A stretch of DNA of 64,000 nucleotides from Syntrophorhabdales bacterium (GCA_035315185.1 DATFYE010000113.1:14202-78201); one strand, 5' to 3'; positions 26,146-36,892 are shown, counted from the stretch's first letter. Notes: generated by a model not told the origin, from the sequence alone. Made by a program: numbers and translations.

Positions 26146-27000
26146 TCAGGACAGGGCCTTTTTGATAGCCCTGCGGACCATTACCTTGACCAATTCCTTC
26201 TTGTAGTCCACGGTGAAATAGACATCTGCTCCCACGTGTGCCTCTTTTGCCGCCGCCTCTGCCACCTGCTCGATGAGCGCATCCGTCACAGTCTGGCCTT
26301 TGAGCATATCTTGCGCCTTTTTCGGTACGCGCGTGGGCAACGTGACACCGCCCAGAGCGATCCGTGCTGCAGTACATTTCTTGCCGGACATGGAAAGGGC
26401 TACGGCCGCAGAGACCGTGGCATAGTCAAACCGTTTGCGCATGGCCCACTTTTCGTAGCCCGCCTTTGTCTCTTTAGCCACAGGGACCAGGATCTCAGCG
26501 AGAATCTCTCCGTCTTTGAGCTCCCTGTACAGCTCTTCTACCAGAACCGTCCGGCTCCCCGCTGCGCTGGTGAGCTTTGCCTGGGACCCCAGGGCGCTGA
26601 GCACCGGCACCATTTCTGCGGTGGCCAGGTTGCAGGCTACGTTCCCACCAATCGTACCCATAGTGCGGATCTGTGGGGTAGCGTGTATGCTGCACGCACC
26701 TGCGAGCAGCGCAGACTGCTTTTGCACGACGCGGGAGTCTGCCACGGACTGGATAGAAGCCATGGGCCCGATCGAGAGCTTTCCATCCTTCGATGCACGT
26801 ATCCCATCAAGATTGGGAATCGCCTTCAGACTCATCACGTATTTCTTGACACCGATACGTTCTTTCATGCGGTGGAGCGTAATGGTGCCGCCCGCCATAA
26901 CCCGCGTCTCCGTCTGGTAGGCCTGAAGGAATGCTGTCGCCTCATCAAGGCTCTTGGGGGCAACGTACTCAAAGGGGGGCAAACGTCTATAGTAGTACAT
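26146..27000 (-). CDS. FAD-binding (CoxM-like) medium subunit of the molybdoenzyme
   Basis: 284 aa. FEYVAPKSLDEA...MAGGTITL matches the FAD_binding_5 pattern. Confidence 0.85.
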   Translation of the reverse strand: MYYYRRLPPFEYVAPKSLDEATAFLQAYQTETRVMAGGTITLHRMKERIGVKKYVMSLKAIPNLDGIRASKDGKLSIGPMASIQSVADSRVVQKQSALLAGACSIHATPQIRTMGTIGGNVACNLATAEMVPVLSALGSQAKLTSAAGSRTVLVEELYRELKDGEILAEILVPVAKETKAGYEKWAMRKRFDYATVSAAVALSMSGKKCTAARIALGGVTLPTRVPKKAQDMLKGQTVTDALIEQVAEAAAKEAHVGADVYFTVDYKKELVKVMVRRAIKKALS

Positions 27001-27064
27001 GGGTCACTCCTTTCCTTTATTCTTGCGTTGAGCCACGTCAAGCGAACGGCTGCTGTAAGACAGA

Positions 27065-28504
27065 TCAATCTCGGGCAAGTTTATCCGCTTCGGCCACCCA
27101 GCCTCCGCCCATAGACTTGTACATGTTCACGAGAGCACGAAAGAGGGCGCCCTGTGTCTGCGCATACAAGAGCTCTCCCTGGAAGAGGCTGCGCTGGGCA
27201 TCGAGCACTTCGATGTAGCTGGTATAGCCGTTGTCGTAACGCAGCTCCGCGAGTCGGGCATAACTGCGCAATGCCTCCACCTGCTCCTTTTGTATCCCGA
27301 GCATTTCTCTTGACCTGTTCTGATCGATCAGGGCATCGTCCACTTCTCTGAAGGCCTGCTGGATCACTCTCTGGTAACGGAACAGAGTCTCCTGCTGCAC
27401 GGACTCGGCCGCCTTCACCTGCCCTGCTATGGCCCCCGCGGTAAAGATAGGCATGGTGACCGCAGGAGTAACGTAAGTCCAGGCACTTGTTGCACCGGCA
27501 AAGAGATAGGAGAGCTCCCTGCTCGCCACGCCATAGGTGCCTGTGAGGAAAATTGTGGGGAAATAAAGAGCTCTGGCCACGCCGATTCTCGCGTTTGCTG
27601 CGATAAGGTCCTGCTCGGCCTGGCGTATGTCCGGGCGCTTTTCAAGAAGACTTGAAGGCAACCCGGACGGCACCGTGGGCAGCACAAGGTCATCGATCTG
27701 TCTACCGCGCGGGATGGGTCCGGGGTTTCTCCCGAGCAAGACGCTGAGAGCGTTCTCCTGCTGAGCGATCAACTTTTGAATAAAGGGGATGGTAGCGAGC
27801 GCCGATAGGTATTCCGATTCTGCCTGTCGCAGCTCAAGCTCTGAGATCAGGCCCCGCCCGAAGCGAAGCGTAAACAGATTGAAGGAGTTCTCACGGCTTT
27901 TTGCCGTCCGTTGCGCTATTTCGAGCTGCTTGTCAAGGTCCAAAAGATCGGTGTAGGCAATTGCTACAGAAGTCACAACGGTCAGAATCACCCCACGCCG
28001 CGCCTCTTCAGTGCTCAGGAGGTCGGCACGCGCCGCTTCCGTTGCCCGGCGAAGCTGTCCCCAGAGGTCGATCTGCCAGCTCGCGTTGAGAAACGCCTGG
28101 TAAAGGTCGCCCGGGTTCTCGAGCGTGGCAGAAGGGAGAGGGTTGGTCAGGTTGGAGAATTGCTGCCTCTGGGCGCTGCCTGTGCCGGTCATCTGCGGAA
28201 ACTGCGCGGCACGGGTAAAGCCATAGCGTCCCATGAATTCTTCGACCCTTGCTGCGGCAACTTTCACGTCCTTGTTCTCTCTCAACGCAGTCTGGATCAG
28301 GTCTGTGAGCACCGGATCGTTGAACTGATCCCACCACGCGGTATTGACAAGGTCTTTTGCCTCCCGTTCCTCAATGCGCCACGATGCGGGTGAATTAACT
28401 TGCGGACGCCGGTAATCCGGGCCAATCGCACACCCCAAAAGCAAGGAGATGAGAAAAAGAAGAGGCAGAAAAATAGAAAGTGAATAGGCTATTGACCGGC
28501 GCAT
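27065..28504 (-). CDS. RND efflux outer-membrane factor lipoprotein (NodT/OprM family)
   Basis: Start reassigned to MRRSIAYSL...LLLGCAIGPDY (lipobox). That ATG (28502-28504) abuts the RND pump stop codon. Confidence 0.85.
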   Translation of the reverse strand: MRRSIAYSLSIFLPLLFLISLLLGCAIGPDYRRPQVNSPASWRIEEREAKDLVNTAWWDQFNDPVLTDLIQTALRENKDVKVAAARVEEFMGRYGFTRAAQFPQMTGTGSAQRQQFSNLTNPLPSATLENPGDLYQAFLNASWQIDLWGQLRRATEAARADLLSTEEARRGVILTVVTSVAIAYTDLLDLDKQLEIAQRTAKSRENSFNLFTLRFGRGLISELELRQAESEYLSALATIPFIQKLIAQQENALSVLLGRNPGPIPRGRQIDDLVLPTVPSGLPSSLLEKRPDIRQAEQDLIAANARIGVARALYFPTIFLTGTYGVASRELSYLFAGATSAWTYVTPAVTMPIFTAGAIAGQVKAAESVQQETLFRYQRVIQQAFREVDDALIDQNRSREMLGIQKEQVEALRSYARLAELRYDNGYTSYIEVLDAQRSLFQGELLYAQTQGALFRALVNMYKSMGGGWVAEADKLARD

Positions 28505-28505
28505 G

Positions 28506-31500
28506 TCACTCCTCCCTTTTCGGGCCGCCTGTGAGCCCCGGACCACTGCCGCCTGACCCGCCTTGTTCCGGCAGGCCCTTCCCCTTTCTCCAGTCAACTA
28601 CTTTCCCCACGACGTAGAATGTCACCGGTATCAGGAAGATAGCGATCAGCGTCGCGGCAGCCGTGCCGCCCATGACAGCAGTGCCCATGATCTGTCGCGC
28701 CACCGCACCTGCACCGCGGGAGAAGGCAAGAGGAAGCACGCCCAGGAGAAATGCGAAAGATGTCATGAGGATTGGCCTGAGCCGCAGTCTGGCTCCTTCA
28801 ATCGCGGCCTCGGCAAGGGGCCTTCCCCGTTCATGCCTCGTCTTTGCAAATTCGACGATCAGGATCGCGTTCTTTGCGGAAAGACCGATGAGCACGATAA
28901 GACCGATCTGGGCGTATACATTGTTGTTCACCGCGCTGCTTATCTGGTGGCGCAAGGCTATGCCGGCAAAAGCCCCGAAGACCGCAACGGGCGTAGCGAG
29001 GAGCACACTGAACGGGAGTGACCAGCTTTCATACTGCGCTGCAAGGATGAGAAAAACGCAGAGAAGAGAAAATCCGAAGATTGCCGAAGCAGGTATCCCT
29101 TCCTGGGCCTTCTTCTCCTGGAAGGTCATGCCGACGTAATCGAGCCCCATCTCAGCGGGCATTGTCTGTTTGAACACATCTTCGATGGCTGACACGACCT
29201 GACCCGAGCTGAAGCCGGGCTTGCCCGTGGCGTAAAGTTGGGCCGCTTTGTAGAGGTTGTAGCGCATCGTAAATTCGGGCCCCGGCCGGGACTCAATTGT
29301 AGTGAGCGCCGATAGCGGCACAGCGTCACCCCTGTCGTTGTGCACGTAGAACTGGCCGACGTTCTCCGCCTTGGTGCGGTACTCCCCTTCTGCCTGGACA
29401 TAGACCTGCCACTGACGGCCGAAGCGGTTAAAGTAGTTGATGAAGTAACCTCCCATGAAGGCCTGGAGCGTCTGGTAGACCTCCGCCACGTCTACGCCCT
29501 GTTTGAGCACCTTTTCACGGTCCACGTTCACGTATAACTGAGGCACGGACGGGAGAAATGTGGTCGTTACCCGGGCAAGCTCAGGCCTCTTTCTTGCCGC
29601 GTCAATGAACTTGTCGACATTCTCGGCCAGAAAATTGATGTTTCTCCCGGCCCGGTCCTCGAGAACAAAATTGGCTCCACCCGCCAACCCGATACCCGGA
29701 ATGGCCGGAGGTTGGAAGGCGTACGCAACCGTCTGAGGCAGCTTTCCCAATTCACGGTTGAGGTGCGCCATGATGGCCTGATATTCTTCTTCAGGTTTTT
29801 TTCGATATCTCCATTCTTTCAACGTTACGAAGAAAAAACCGCTGTACGTGTTCTGGGCAAGACTCATCAGGCTGTTGCCAACCAGCGTCTGGTAATGTTC
29901 AACGCCAGGCGTATTCCTGATGATCTCCTCAATCTTTCTACAGACCTGATCTGTGCGCTGAAGCGAGGCAGCGTCAGGCAGAGCCACGTTGATATACATG
30001 TAACCCTGATCTTCTTCAGGTAAGAATCCTCTTGGGATTCTGTTGCCGATAAAAATACCAAAGATCGCTACCACCACAAGAAAGAGCAGGCTGAGGGAGC
30101 TTTTACGGATCAGCCCCCCGCAAATATTCAGGTAGGTCTTGGAGGCGCGGCCGAAGAGATTATTGAACCACCTGAAAAAAGGACCCAGAAAGCCCCGCCC
30201 TTCCTTCCCCGGCTTCAGGATGAGGGCGCAGAGTGCGGGGCTCAAGGTCAGGGCGTTGAAGGCTGAGATGAGAACCGAGATAGCGATGGTTATGGCAAAT
30301 TGCTGATAGAGCCTGCCCGTGATACCCGGTATGAAGATCACGGGGATGAAGACAGCCGCAAGTATCAACGCAATGGCCATAACAGGGCCTGCGACCTCGC
30401 TCATGGCCTTAAGCGCCGATTCTTTCGGTGAAAAACCTTCCTCCATGTGACGCTCCACGGCCTCCACCACAATGATGGCGTCATCAACGACCAAGCCTAT
30501 GGCCAGCACGAGGCCAAAGAGCGACAGGGTGTTGATCGAGAAGCCGAGCAATGGAAAAACAGCGAAAGTGCCGATAAGGGAAACTGGAACCGCAAGCGTC
30601 GGAATGAGCGTAGCCCTCCATCCCTGAAGGAAGACGAAGACCACAAGAATGACAAGACCCATGGCGATCAAGAGCGTTTTAAGAATTTCACGGATGCCTT
30701 CGCCGATGGATCGGGTCGTATCAAGGGCGATCGTATAGTCAAGGTCGGTAGGGAACCGTTGCTTGGCCCGTTCCATCACCTTCCTGACACCCTCAACAAT
30801 GGTGAGGGCATTGGATCCGGGTAATTGGTAGATAGCCATAATCCCGGCCGGCTCACCATTAAGACGGCCCATCAAATTGTACGTCTGCGACCCCAGCTCA
30901 ATGCGCGCTACGTCCTTCAAGCGGACAACTGAGCCGTCAACATTGGCACGTATAACGATCGACCCAAAGTCTTCAGGCGACACAAGACGACCTTGGGTGC
31001 GGACCGTATAGGTGAACTCCTGCCCAGGAGGCACCGGTTCACTACCTATCTGTCCGGCAGGGTTGACCGTATTCTGCTTCTGGACCGCATTGATGATATC
31101 GGGCACCGTGATACCAAGTTTGCCCAGAGTATCAGGCTTGACCCATATGCGTATTGCGTAACGGTCTGCCCCGTATACGCCTACCTGAGCCACGCCCGGC
31201 ACGCGTACCATTTGATCATTGAGGTTAATGAACGCGTAGTTTGCCAGAAATCTACCATCAAAGGTCCTCTTGGGGGAATGCAGGGCTACGAGCATGAGCG
31301 GCGCAGCCCTCGATTTCTGGATGGTCACGCCGTAGTTGCGCACGTCAGCGGGAAGCTGTCCCTGGATCTGGTTCTGCCGCATCTGTGTGAAGATCAGGTC
31401 CGTATTCGGGTCAGTCTTAACGTCGAAGTTGACGAACATACGCATGGTGCCGTTGCTGGCATTCACGGAATACATATAGTTCATGTTGTCAACGCCGCTG

Positions 31501-31706
31501 ATCTGCTCCTCCATGGGGGTCGCCACGGACTGTTCGAGGGTTTCTGCGTCGGCGCCGGTATAACGCGTAAAGATCTGAATTTCCGGGGGAACGATCTCAG
31601 GGAACTGAGCAACTGGCAAGCCCGTCATGGCAACGATTCCCAGAATAACGAACATGATGGAGATGACCATCGCCACGATGGGACGGTTTATGAAGAACTT
31701 TGACAT
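28506..31706 (-). CDS. RND multidrug efflux transporter, AcrB/MexB-like (HAE1)
   Basis: 1066 aa. MSKFFINRPIVAMVISI... with the 12-TM architecture typical of AcrB. Confidence 0.9.
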   Translation of the reverse strand: MSKFFINRPIVAMVISIMFVILGIVAMTGLPVAQFPEIVPPEIQIFTRYTGADAETLEQSVATPMEEQISGVDNMNYMYSVNASNGTMRMFVNFDVKTDPNTDLIFTQMRQNQIQGQLPADVRNYGVTIQKSRAAPLMLVALHSPKRTFDGRFLANYAFINLNDQMVRVPGVAQVGVYGADRYAIRIWVKPDTLGKLGITVPDIINAVQKQNTVNPAGQIGSEPVPPGQEFTYTVRTQGRLVSPEDFGSIVIRANVDGSVVRLKDVARIELGSQTYNLMGRLNGEPAGIMAIYQLPGSNALTIVEGVRKVMERAKQRFPTDLDYTIALDTTRSIGEGIREILKTLLIAMGLVILVVFVFLQGWRATLIPTLAVPVSLIGTFAVFPLLGFSINTLSLFGLVLAIGLVVDDAIIVVEAVERHMEEGFSPKESALKAMSEVAGPVMAIALILAAVFIPVIFIPGITGRLYQQFAITIAISVLISAFNALTLSPALCALILKPGKEGRGFLGPFFRWFNNLFGRASKTYLNICGGLIRKSSLSLLFLVVVAIFGIFIGNRIPRGFLPEEDQGYMYINVALPDAASLQRTDQVCRKIEEIIRNTPGVEHYQTLVGNSLMSLAQNTYSGFFFVTLKEWRYRKKPEEEYQAIMAHLNRELGKLPQTVAYAFQPPAIPGIGLAGGANFVLEDRAGRNINFLAENVDKFIDAARKRPELARVTTTFLPSVPQLYVNVDREKVLKQGVDVAEVYQTLQAFMGGYFINYFNRFGRQWQVYVQAEGEYRTKAENVGQFYVHNDRGDAVPLSALTTIESRPGPEFTMRYNLYKAAQLYATGKPGFSSGQVVSAIEDVFKQTMPAEMGLDYVGMTFQEKKAQEGIPASAIFGFSLLCVFLILAAQYESWSLPFSVLLATPVAVFGAFAGIALRHQISSAVNNNVYAQIGLIVLIGLSAKNAILIVEFAKTRHERGRPLAEAAIEGARLRLRPILMTSFAFLLGVLPLAFSRGAGAVARQIMGTAVMGGTAAATLIAIFLIPVTFYVVGKVVDWRKGKGLPEQGGSGGSGPGLTGGPKREE

Positions 31707-31717
31707 AAAGGCGTCTC

Positions 31718-32875
31718 TTACCTTTTCCCGGTATTTTCCGGCGCCGGCGCGGGCTCGGCGTTTGCTTTCACCGCCGTACCTTGTTTGACCTTCTGGAGCC
31801 CTTCGGTTATGACCCGCTCACCCGGCTTCAAACCCTCATCTATGACCCAGAGGCTGTCGAGCCGTTCGCCCGCTTTGACCGGCCTTATCGCAACCTTGTT
31901 GTCTGCTCCAACCACAGCCACCTGGTATCCTGCCTGTAGTTCCATGATCGCCCGCTGCGGCACCAGAAGCGCGCCCTTCTTGACCTCGGTCTGCGCGCGA
32001 ACCCTGGCGAACTGTCCGGGCCGGATCACGTTTCTCGGATTGGGGAAAAGAGCCGCGACTTTGATTGTGCCGGTCTTTACGTCCACCTGGCGGTCCGCAA
32101 AAGCAAAAGAGCCGGTGTGCGGATGGACTTTCCCGTCCGCAAGGATCAGCTCCAGTGGCATCTTCTGGCCATGTTCCTGATCGTTCTGTACGTATTTGAG
32201 GTACTCCTGCTCACTCATGAGAATATAAACCTTGATAGGATCAACCGTTGAAACCGTAGTCAGTTCCTCCACCGAACCCGGACCCACAAGGTTGCCCAAC
32301 TGCGCCTTGGCAATTCCTGCTATCCCGTCTATCGGAGAGGTGACCCTGGTGAATCCGAGATCGAGCTGCGTCTTATCTACCAGGGCCTGGAGTGCGATCA
32401 CCGCAGCATGGGTTGCTGCCTCAGCGCCGACCGCATCATCAAAATCCTTCTTGCTCACCGCTCTCTGTTCCACCAGAGGTTTGATGCGTTCGAGATTGGC
32501 CTTCGCCGTTTCCCAGCGCGCCTGCTGTTCTGCGAGTTGTCCTTGCGCCTGTTCCAGTGCGGCCTGGAAGGTGCGCGGATCGATCTCGAAGAGAACCTGC
32601 CCCTTCCTGACGACATCACCCTCAGTGTAATCCCGCTTTATCAGATAGCCCTGCACCTGCGCACGAATGGTCGCATTTACGAGACCGTCTGTGGAGGCAG
32701 TCCACTCCGAATATATGGGGACATCCTTTTTAATGACTTCCACCACTTCAACAGTGGGGAAAGTTGCGGTTTCCGTCGTTCGCGCTCCTTGGCATCCCGG
32801 CAGGAAAAGCGCTACGCCAAGGATCACGAAAAGACTCGCGTAAAAAAACTCCGCCACCCTATCGTTCCGTGCCAT
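31718..32875 (-). CDS. RND efflux periplasmic adaptor (AcrA/MexA-like MFP)
   Basis: Lipoprotein-like N-terminus (LFLPGCQG), a coiled-coil hairpin and a beta-barrel domain. First gene of the efflux operon. Confidence 0.85.
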   Translation of the reverse strand: MARNDRVAEFFYASLFVILGVALFLPGCQGARTTETATFPTVEVVEVIKKDVPIYSEWTASTDGLVNATIRAQVQGYLIKRDYTEGDVVRKGQVLFEIDPRTFQAALEQAQGQLAEQQARWETAKANLERIKPLVEQRAVSKKDFDDAVGAEAATHAAVIALQALVDKTQLDLGFTRVTSPIDGIAGIAKAQLGNLVGPGSVEELTTVSTVDPIKVYILMSEQEYLKYVQNDQEHGQKMPLELILADGKVHPHTGSFAFADRQVDVKTGTIKVAALFPNPRNVIRPGQFARVRAQTEVKKGALLVPQRAIMELQAGYQVAVVGADNKVAIRPVKAGERLDSLWVIDEGLKPGERVITEGLQKVKQGTAVKANAEPAPAPENTGKR

Positions 32876-33138
32876 TCAACGTCCTCCTCAACCCTATCAC
32901 ACCACCTGCACCCGGGTGTGACTTGTATGTGCACATAAACTCCCCCTCGATACATCTTTGTTCTGCTCTATCCTGGATTGTTCCGCGTTGTTCCGCGTTT
33001 TTTTGTCAAACATATCTTCATACAAATAACATACCAAGCAGTTCAGTGGTCTCGGTGCAATAGTCATTTCCACTCTTAAGCATGTTCATCGGACTCTGGC
33101 TCATTCGGACGAAGGAAGGCTCCGGAAATGCAGTCGAG

Positions 33139-33423
33139 TTACGACTGCGAGGGAGGTCCACGGTAGATGCGATGGAAAACGACGGGAGAGTAAATGCAGA
33201 ATCCTCCTTCAGGCGGGAAAAGGCGTGTTGCGGCCTTGTAGAGCTCAAGGAAAAATTGATGTCCGACCAGAGCAACGAAACCGGTGCCGACAATTTGATA
33301 TATGTATGACCGACCATCTGCGCGACTAAGCTCGGCTGCACTGATTTTTGCCGCACACGTAAAGATAAAAAGCAACAGAAGCAGCGCAACCGCCTTCGTA
33401 ACACAAAGTCTGAAACGACGCAT
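33139..33423 (-). CDS. Candidate small secreted protein
   Basis: Internal Met with a GGGGAG RBS. MRRFRLCVTKAVALLLLLFIFTCAAKISAAE is signal-peptide-like. Confidence 0.3.
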   Translation of the reverse strand: MRRFRLCVTKAVALLLLLFIFTCAAKISAAELSRADGRSYIYQIVGTGFVALVGHQFFLELYKAATRLFPPEGGFCIYSPVVFHRIYRGPPSQS

Positions 33424-33786
33424 TACGAACGCTCCCCGACGCTGAAAAAATAACATATCTGGTGAAGAAAGAAAAGGAAAGCCATTTGTTCCGAGCGCAA
33501 CCAGACTACTATCCGCCCCCACGGCACCAAAAGATGAGGACAAAGGCAGAGAGCACCTCTATGGAGTTTGGCCTAGATCTTGCTATTCCGAACACATGCC
33601 CAGCAGGCTTCTGCCTCTCATGAATTCTCTGGCAAAGAGCCTGGTACCGCTTTCGCGGTACTATATGAAAGCAGTGGCACTGGCGTATTAGTAAACTCGC
33701 TGATGTGTCTCATCCTTGGCTGTTCACTGTTGACTTCAGAGTGGCAAGGGCGGTAGCCTATCTCGGCCACACCAAGAAGGGGTTAT

Positions 33787-35112
33787 ATGAATCTCGCAGA
33801 AAAGATTAGATCCAAGCAGGCAAAGATTGGCGTCATCGGTCTCGGTTACGTGGGCTTGCCCCTCGTGATCGAGTTCTGTAAGGCAGGGTTTAGCGTCACG
33901 GGTTTTGACATAGATGACAAGAAAGTGGCGTTGCTGAAGAAGGGCGAGAGCTACATCAAACACATCGATGCGTCCCGCATTGTGCCGCTCATCCGTCCTC
34001 CGCAGAAGGGTGCACCACCCTTTTCTCCCACTTCAGATTTTTCGCGCCTCGCTGCTATGGATTGCATACTCGTCTGCGTACCCACACCCCTGAACAAGAA
34101 CCGGGAACCAGACATGACCTATGTCTTCAACACAACGAAGAGTATAGCACGCTATCTTCGAAAAGGTCAGCTGATCGTACTCGAATCGACGACATACCCC
34201 GGCACGACAGATGAAGATATGCGGAGCATGCTTGAAGAACCGGGCTTTAAGGCAGGCGTCGATTTCTACCTCGCCTTTTCTCCGGAAAGGGAAGACCCTA
34301 ACAACCCGCAGTTTACTACGGCTACCATTCCCAAGGTAGTCGGCGGTTGCACCAAAGCGTGTTTGAGTGTGGCGACAGCGCTCTATGGACAGATCATGCA
34401 GCGCATCGTTCCTGTCTCGTCAACGAGGGTGGCTGAAGCGACAAAGCTGCTGGAGAATATCTATCGTTCGGTCAATATTGCGCTGGTGAACGAGTTGAAG
34501 ATACTCTTCGACCGCATGGACATTGACATATGGGAAGTCATCGAAGCGGCAAAAACAAAGCCCTTCGGCTTTCAGGCCTTCTACCCCGGCCCAGGACTGG
34601 GAGGGCACTGCATCCCGATTGATCCCTTCTATCTGACGTGGAAGGCGCGAGAGTATGAAGTTGCCACGAGGTTCATCGAACTCGCCGGCGAGATCAATAC
34701 GAACATGCCGAGCTATGTTGTTCAGAAATTGATGGCGGCGCTGAACGAGAAAGGGAAGTGTCTTAAGGGCTCCCGGATTCTCGTGCTCGGTGTCGCGTAC
34801 AAACCGAACGTTGACGACGATCGGGAAAGTCCTGCGTTCGTGATCATGGAACTGATCGAGAAGGGCGGCGGGACGGTGGATTATAGCGATCCTTACGTGC
34901 CCAGGCTCAAAAAGGTCCGCAAATTCAACTTCGACAAGGCATCCGTGCAGCTCACCGCGAAAAAAATCAAGAGCTATGACGCAGTCGTGATCGTGACTAA
35001 TCACGCAAACGTTAATTATAAGCTCGTAGAAAAAAATGCCAAACTTATCATCGACACCCGCAACGCCCTCAAAAAGATTGGCATCAGACACGGCAATGTC
35101 TGCAAGGCTTGA
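33787..35112 (+). CDS. Nucleotide-sugar dehydrogenase (UDP-N-acetyl-hexosamine 6-dehydrogenase, WbpA/TviB/WecC-like)
   Basis: IGVIGLGYVGLPL Rossmann motif and the catalytic GLGGHCIPIDP. Confidence 0.85.
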   Translation: MNLAEKIRSKQAKIGVIGLGYVGLPLVIEFCKAGFSVTGFDIDDKKVALLKKGESYIKHIDASRIVPLIRPPQKGAPPFSPTSDFSRLAAMDCILVCVPTPLNKNREPDMTYVFNTTKSIARYLRKGQLIVLESTTYPGTTDEDMRSMLEEPGFKAGVDFYLAFSPEREDPNNPQFTTATIPKVVGGCTKACLSVATALYGQIMQRIVPVSSTRVAEATKLLENIYRSVNIALVNELKILFDRMDIDIWEVIEAAKTKPFGFQAFYPGPGLGGHCIPIDPFYLTWKAREYEVATRFIELAGEINTNMPSYVVQKLMAALNEKGKCLKGSRILVLGVAYKPNVDDDRESPAFVIMELIEKGGGTVDYSDPYVPRLKKVRKFNFDKASVQLTAKKIKSYDAVVIVTNHANVNYKLVEKNAKLIIDTRNALKKIGIRHGNVCKA

Positions 35113-35229
35113 CAGTATGCAGGCCACAAGCTCGCTGGAATGAGCATCAGCTGTAACCAAGAGCTTACGCGGGGCCTTATAATCAAAGTCCTCGCTGCGG
35201 GCATGGTGATAAACGTCCTCTGAGGCAAC

Positions 35230-36210
35230 ATGGAGACTATTCTAGTAACTGGCGCAGCCGGTTTTATCGGCTGCAAAACAGCAAGTTTGCTCCTTGAGCA
35301 GGGGTTCGCAGTTGTCGGCGTGGATAATCTCAACGACTATTACGACGTCCGGCTGAAATATTACCGACTGGAAACCCTGAAGGCTAACCGCGACTTTACA
35401 TTTCTTCAAGCCGATATCGAGAGCATAAACGAGCTGGAGCCAATATTCCGGGACCATACGTTAGCTGCGGTTATAAACCTTGCCGCTCGTGCCGGAGTTC
35501 GTTACAGCCTTCGAAATCCATACGTGTACATGAACACCAATCTGTATGGCACCCTGAATCTGCTCGAGCTGATGCGCAAACACAGCGTTAACAAGATGGT
35601 GCTGGCCTCGTCATCATCCCTGTACGCCGGACAGAAGATGCCGTTCTCCGAAGACCTTCCAGTAAATACTCCCATATCACCCTACGCAGCTTCAAAGAAA
35701 GCTGCAGAAATGGTCGCATATACGTATCACTACCTCTATGGCATTGACGTCTCGGTACTTCGCTATTTCACGGTCTATGGTCCCGCAGGGAGACCGGATA
35801 TGAGCCCCTTCAGGTTCATCACGTGGATCGAAGAAGGGAAGGAACTCACCGTATATGGGGATGGGTCACAAACCCGTGATTTTACGTACGTTGATGATAT
35901 TGCGGAAGGGACGATAAAGGCCGTGCAGCCCCTGGGATTTGAGATCATTAATCTGGGAGACAGTCAACCCCATGCGCTCTCGCAGCTTATTTCCCTGATA
36001 GAGTCTAGCCTTGGCAAACGAGCGAGGATTTCATACCAGCCTTGCCAAAAGGCGGATATGAAGGAGACGTGGGCAAACATCGCTAAAGCTAGGAAGCTTT
36101 TGAACTGGTACCCGAAGACCCCACTTGACGAGGGCGTGCGCGGAGCTGTCGCGTGGCACGTCGAACATCGGTCACTGGTGAGACAGATTGATATAGACCT
36201 CTCGGTGTGA
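35230..36210 (+). CDS. NAD-dependent epimerase (UDP-glucuronate 4-epimerase-like SDR)
   Basis: ILVTGAAGFIG...DNLNDYYDVRLK...YAASKKA (YxxxK). Confidence 0.85.
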   Translation: METILVTGAAGFIGCKTASLLLEQGFAVVGVDNLNDYYDVRLKYYRLETLKANRDFTFLQADIESINELEPIFRDHTLAAVINLAARAGVRYSLRNPYVYMNTNLYGTLNLLELMRKHSVNKMVLASSSSLYAGQKMPFSEDLPVNTPISPYAASKKAAEMVAYTYHYLYGIDVSVLRYFTVYGPAGRPDMSPFRFITWIEEGKELTVYGDGSQTRDFTYVDDIAEGTIKAVQPLGFEIINLGDSQPHALSQLISLIESSLGKRARISYQPCQKADMKETWANIAKARKLLNWYPKTPLDEGVRGAVAWHVEHRSLVRQIDIDLSV

Positions 36211-36365
36211 GTCGTTAGAAACCAACAGCTGAGCAACCAGGAGGTGACTCACGGGCTCATCAGTAATCCGGGGAATTAAATTGTCCCGCACTCGAGCAGA
36301 ACAGGTTCCCATCTTTACAAAGACACCAACATGCTCCATAACATACATCGATTAAGGAGGTAATC

Positions 36366-36809
36366 ATGAGACAGCGCAGAAACCACGCATATCTAAATGT
36401 TGTCGGATTATTTTTCGTTCTTGCACTCTTTTCTTCGGTCGTGCTCGCCCAAGAGGCCGTGCCTTGGCTGACCCTGGCCGACGGGACCAAAGTCACCATG
36501 ACGCAGGCGCAATTCGACAGCCTGGTGCAACAGGCGGGAATATCCTATTATGGCCCAACAGTAGCGCGCCCCCAGGTAACGGCGGGCCAGATGAGCATGC
36601 CTGTGCCGAGCGTACTGGGTGGTGTATTGGGAGGGGGCTACATTGTCGGTGATCCAGTAGCTATTGCCGCAGGCATGAATGCAGTGGGCATTACTTCCAC
36701 CGCAACCGGTGCAGGCCTGACAGGAGGCGCGGCAGCCGCAGGGACAATCGCAACCGGGGAGGCAGTAAAAGACTCTGCCACAGCTCCCAGGCCGGAGGGG
36801 AGACCATAG
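36366..36809 (+). CDS. Secreted Gly/Ala-rich hypothetical protein
   Basis: Signal peptide VVGLFFVLALFSSVVLAQEA and a Gly/Ala-rich C-terminal half. Confidence 0.55.
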   Translation: MRQRRNHAYLNVVGLFFVLALFSSVVLAQEAVPWLTLADGTKVTMTQAQFDSLVQQAGISYYGPTVARPQVTAGQMSMPVPSVLGGVLGGGYIVGDPVAIAAGMNAVGITSTATGAGLTGGAAAAGTIATGEAVKDSATAPRPEGRP

Positions 36810-36853
36810 CAGCTGGAATGCACTGACCGCTAGCCTCGGTAGCCGTTAGAAGG

Positions 36854-36892
36854 GGCCGACGAGGACGTTCGCGTGCTCGTCGGCCTTTTTTT
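36854..36892 (+). terminator. Rho-independent terminator
   Basis: GGCCGACGAG-12 nt loop-CTCGTCGGCC followed by TTTTTTT. Confidence 0.85.

Noticed and set aside
26146-27000. Assigning the molybdoenzyme as 4-hydroxybenzoyl-CoA reductase
   Set aside because: The FAD subunit is 284 aa and lacks the extra Cys-rich [4Fe-4S] loop insertion characteristic of HcrB. The substrate is left open.
28505-28597. Upstream extension of the outer-membrane factor gene overlapping the RND pump 3' end
   Set aside because: The lipoprotein signal peptide (MRRSIAY...LLGC) begins at the internal ATG at 28504, which abuts the pump's stop codon. The extension is Arg/Ala-rich and overlaps coding sequence.
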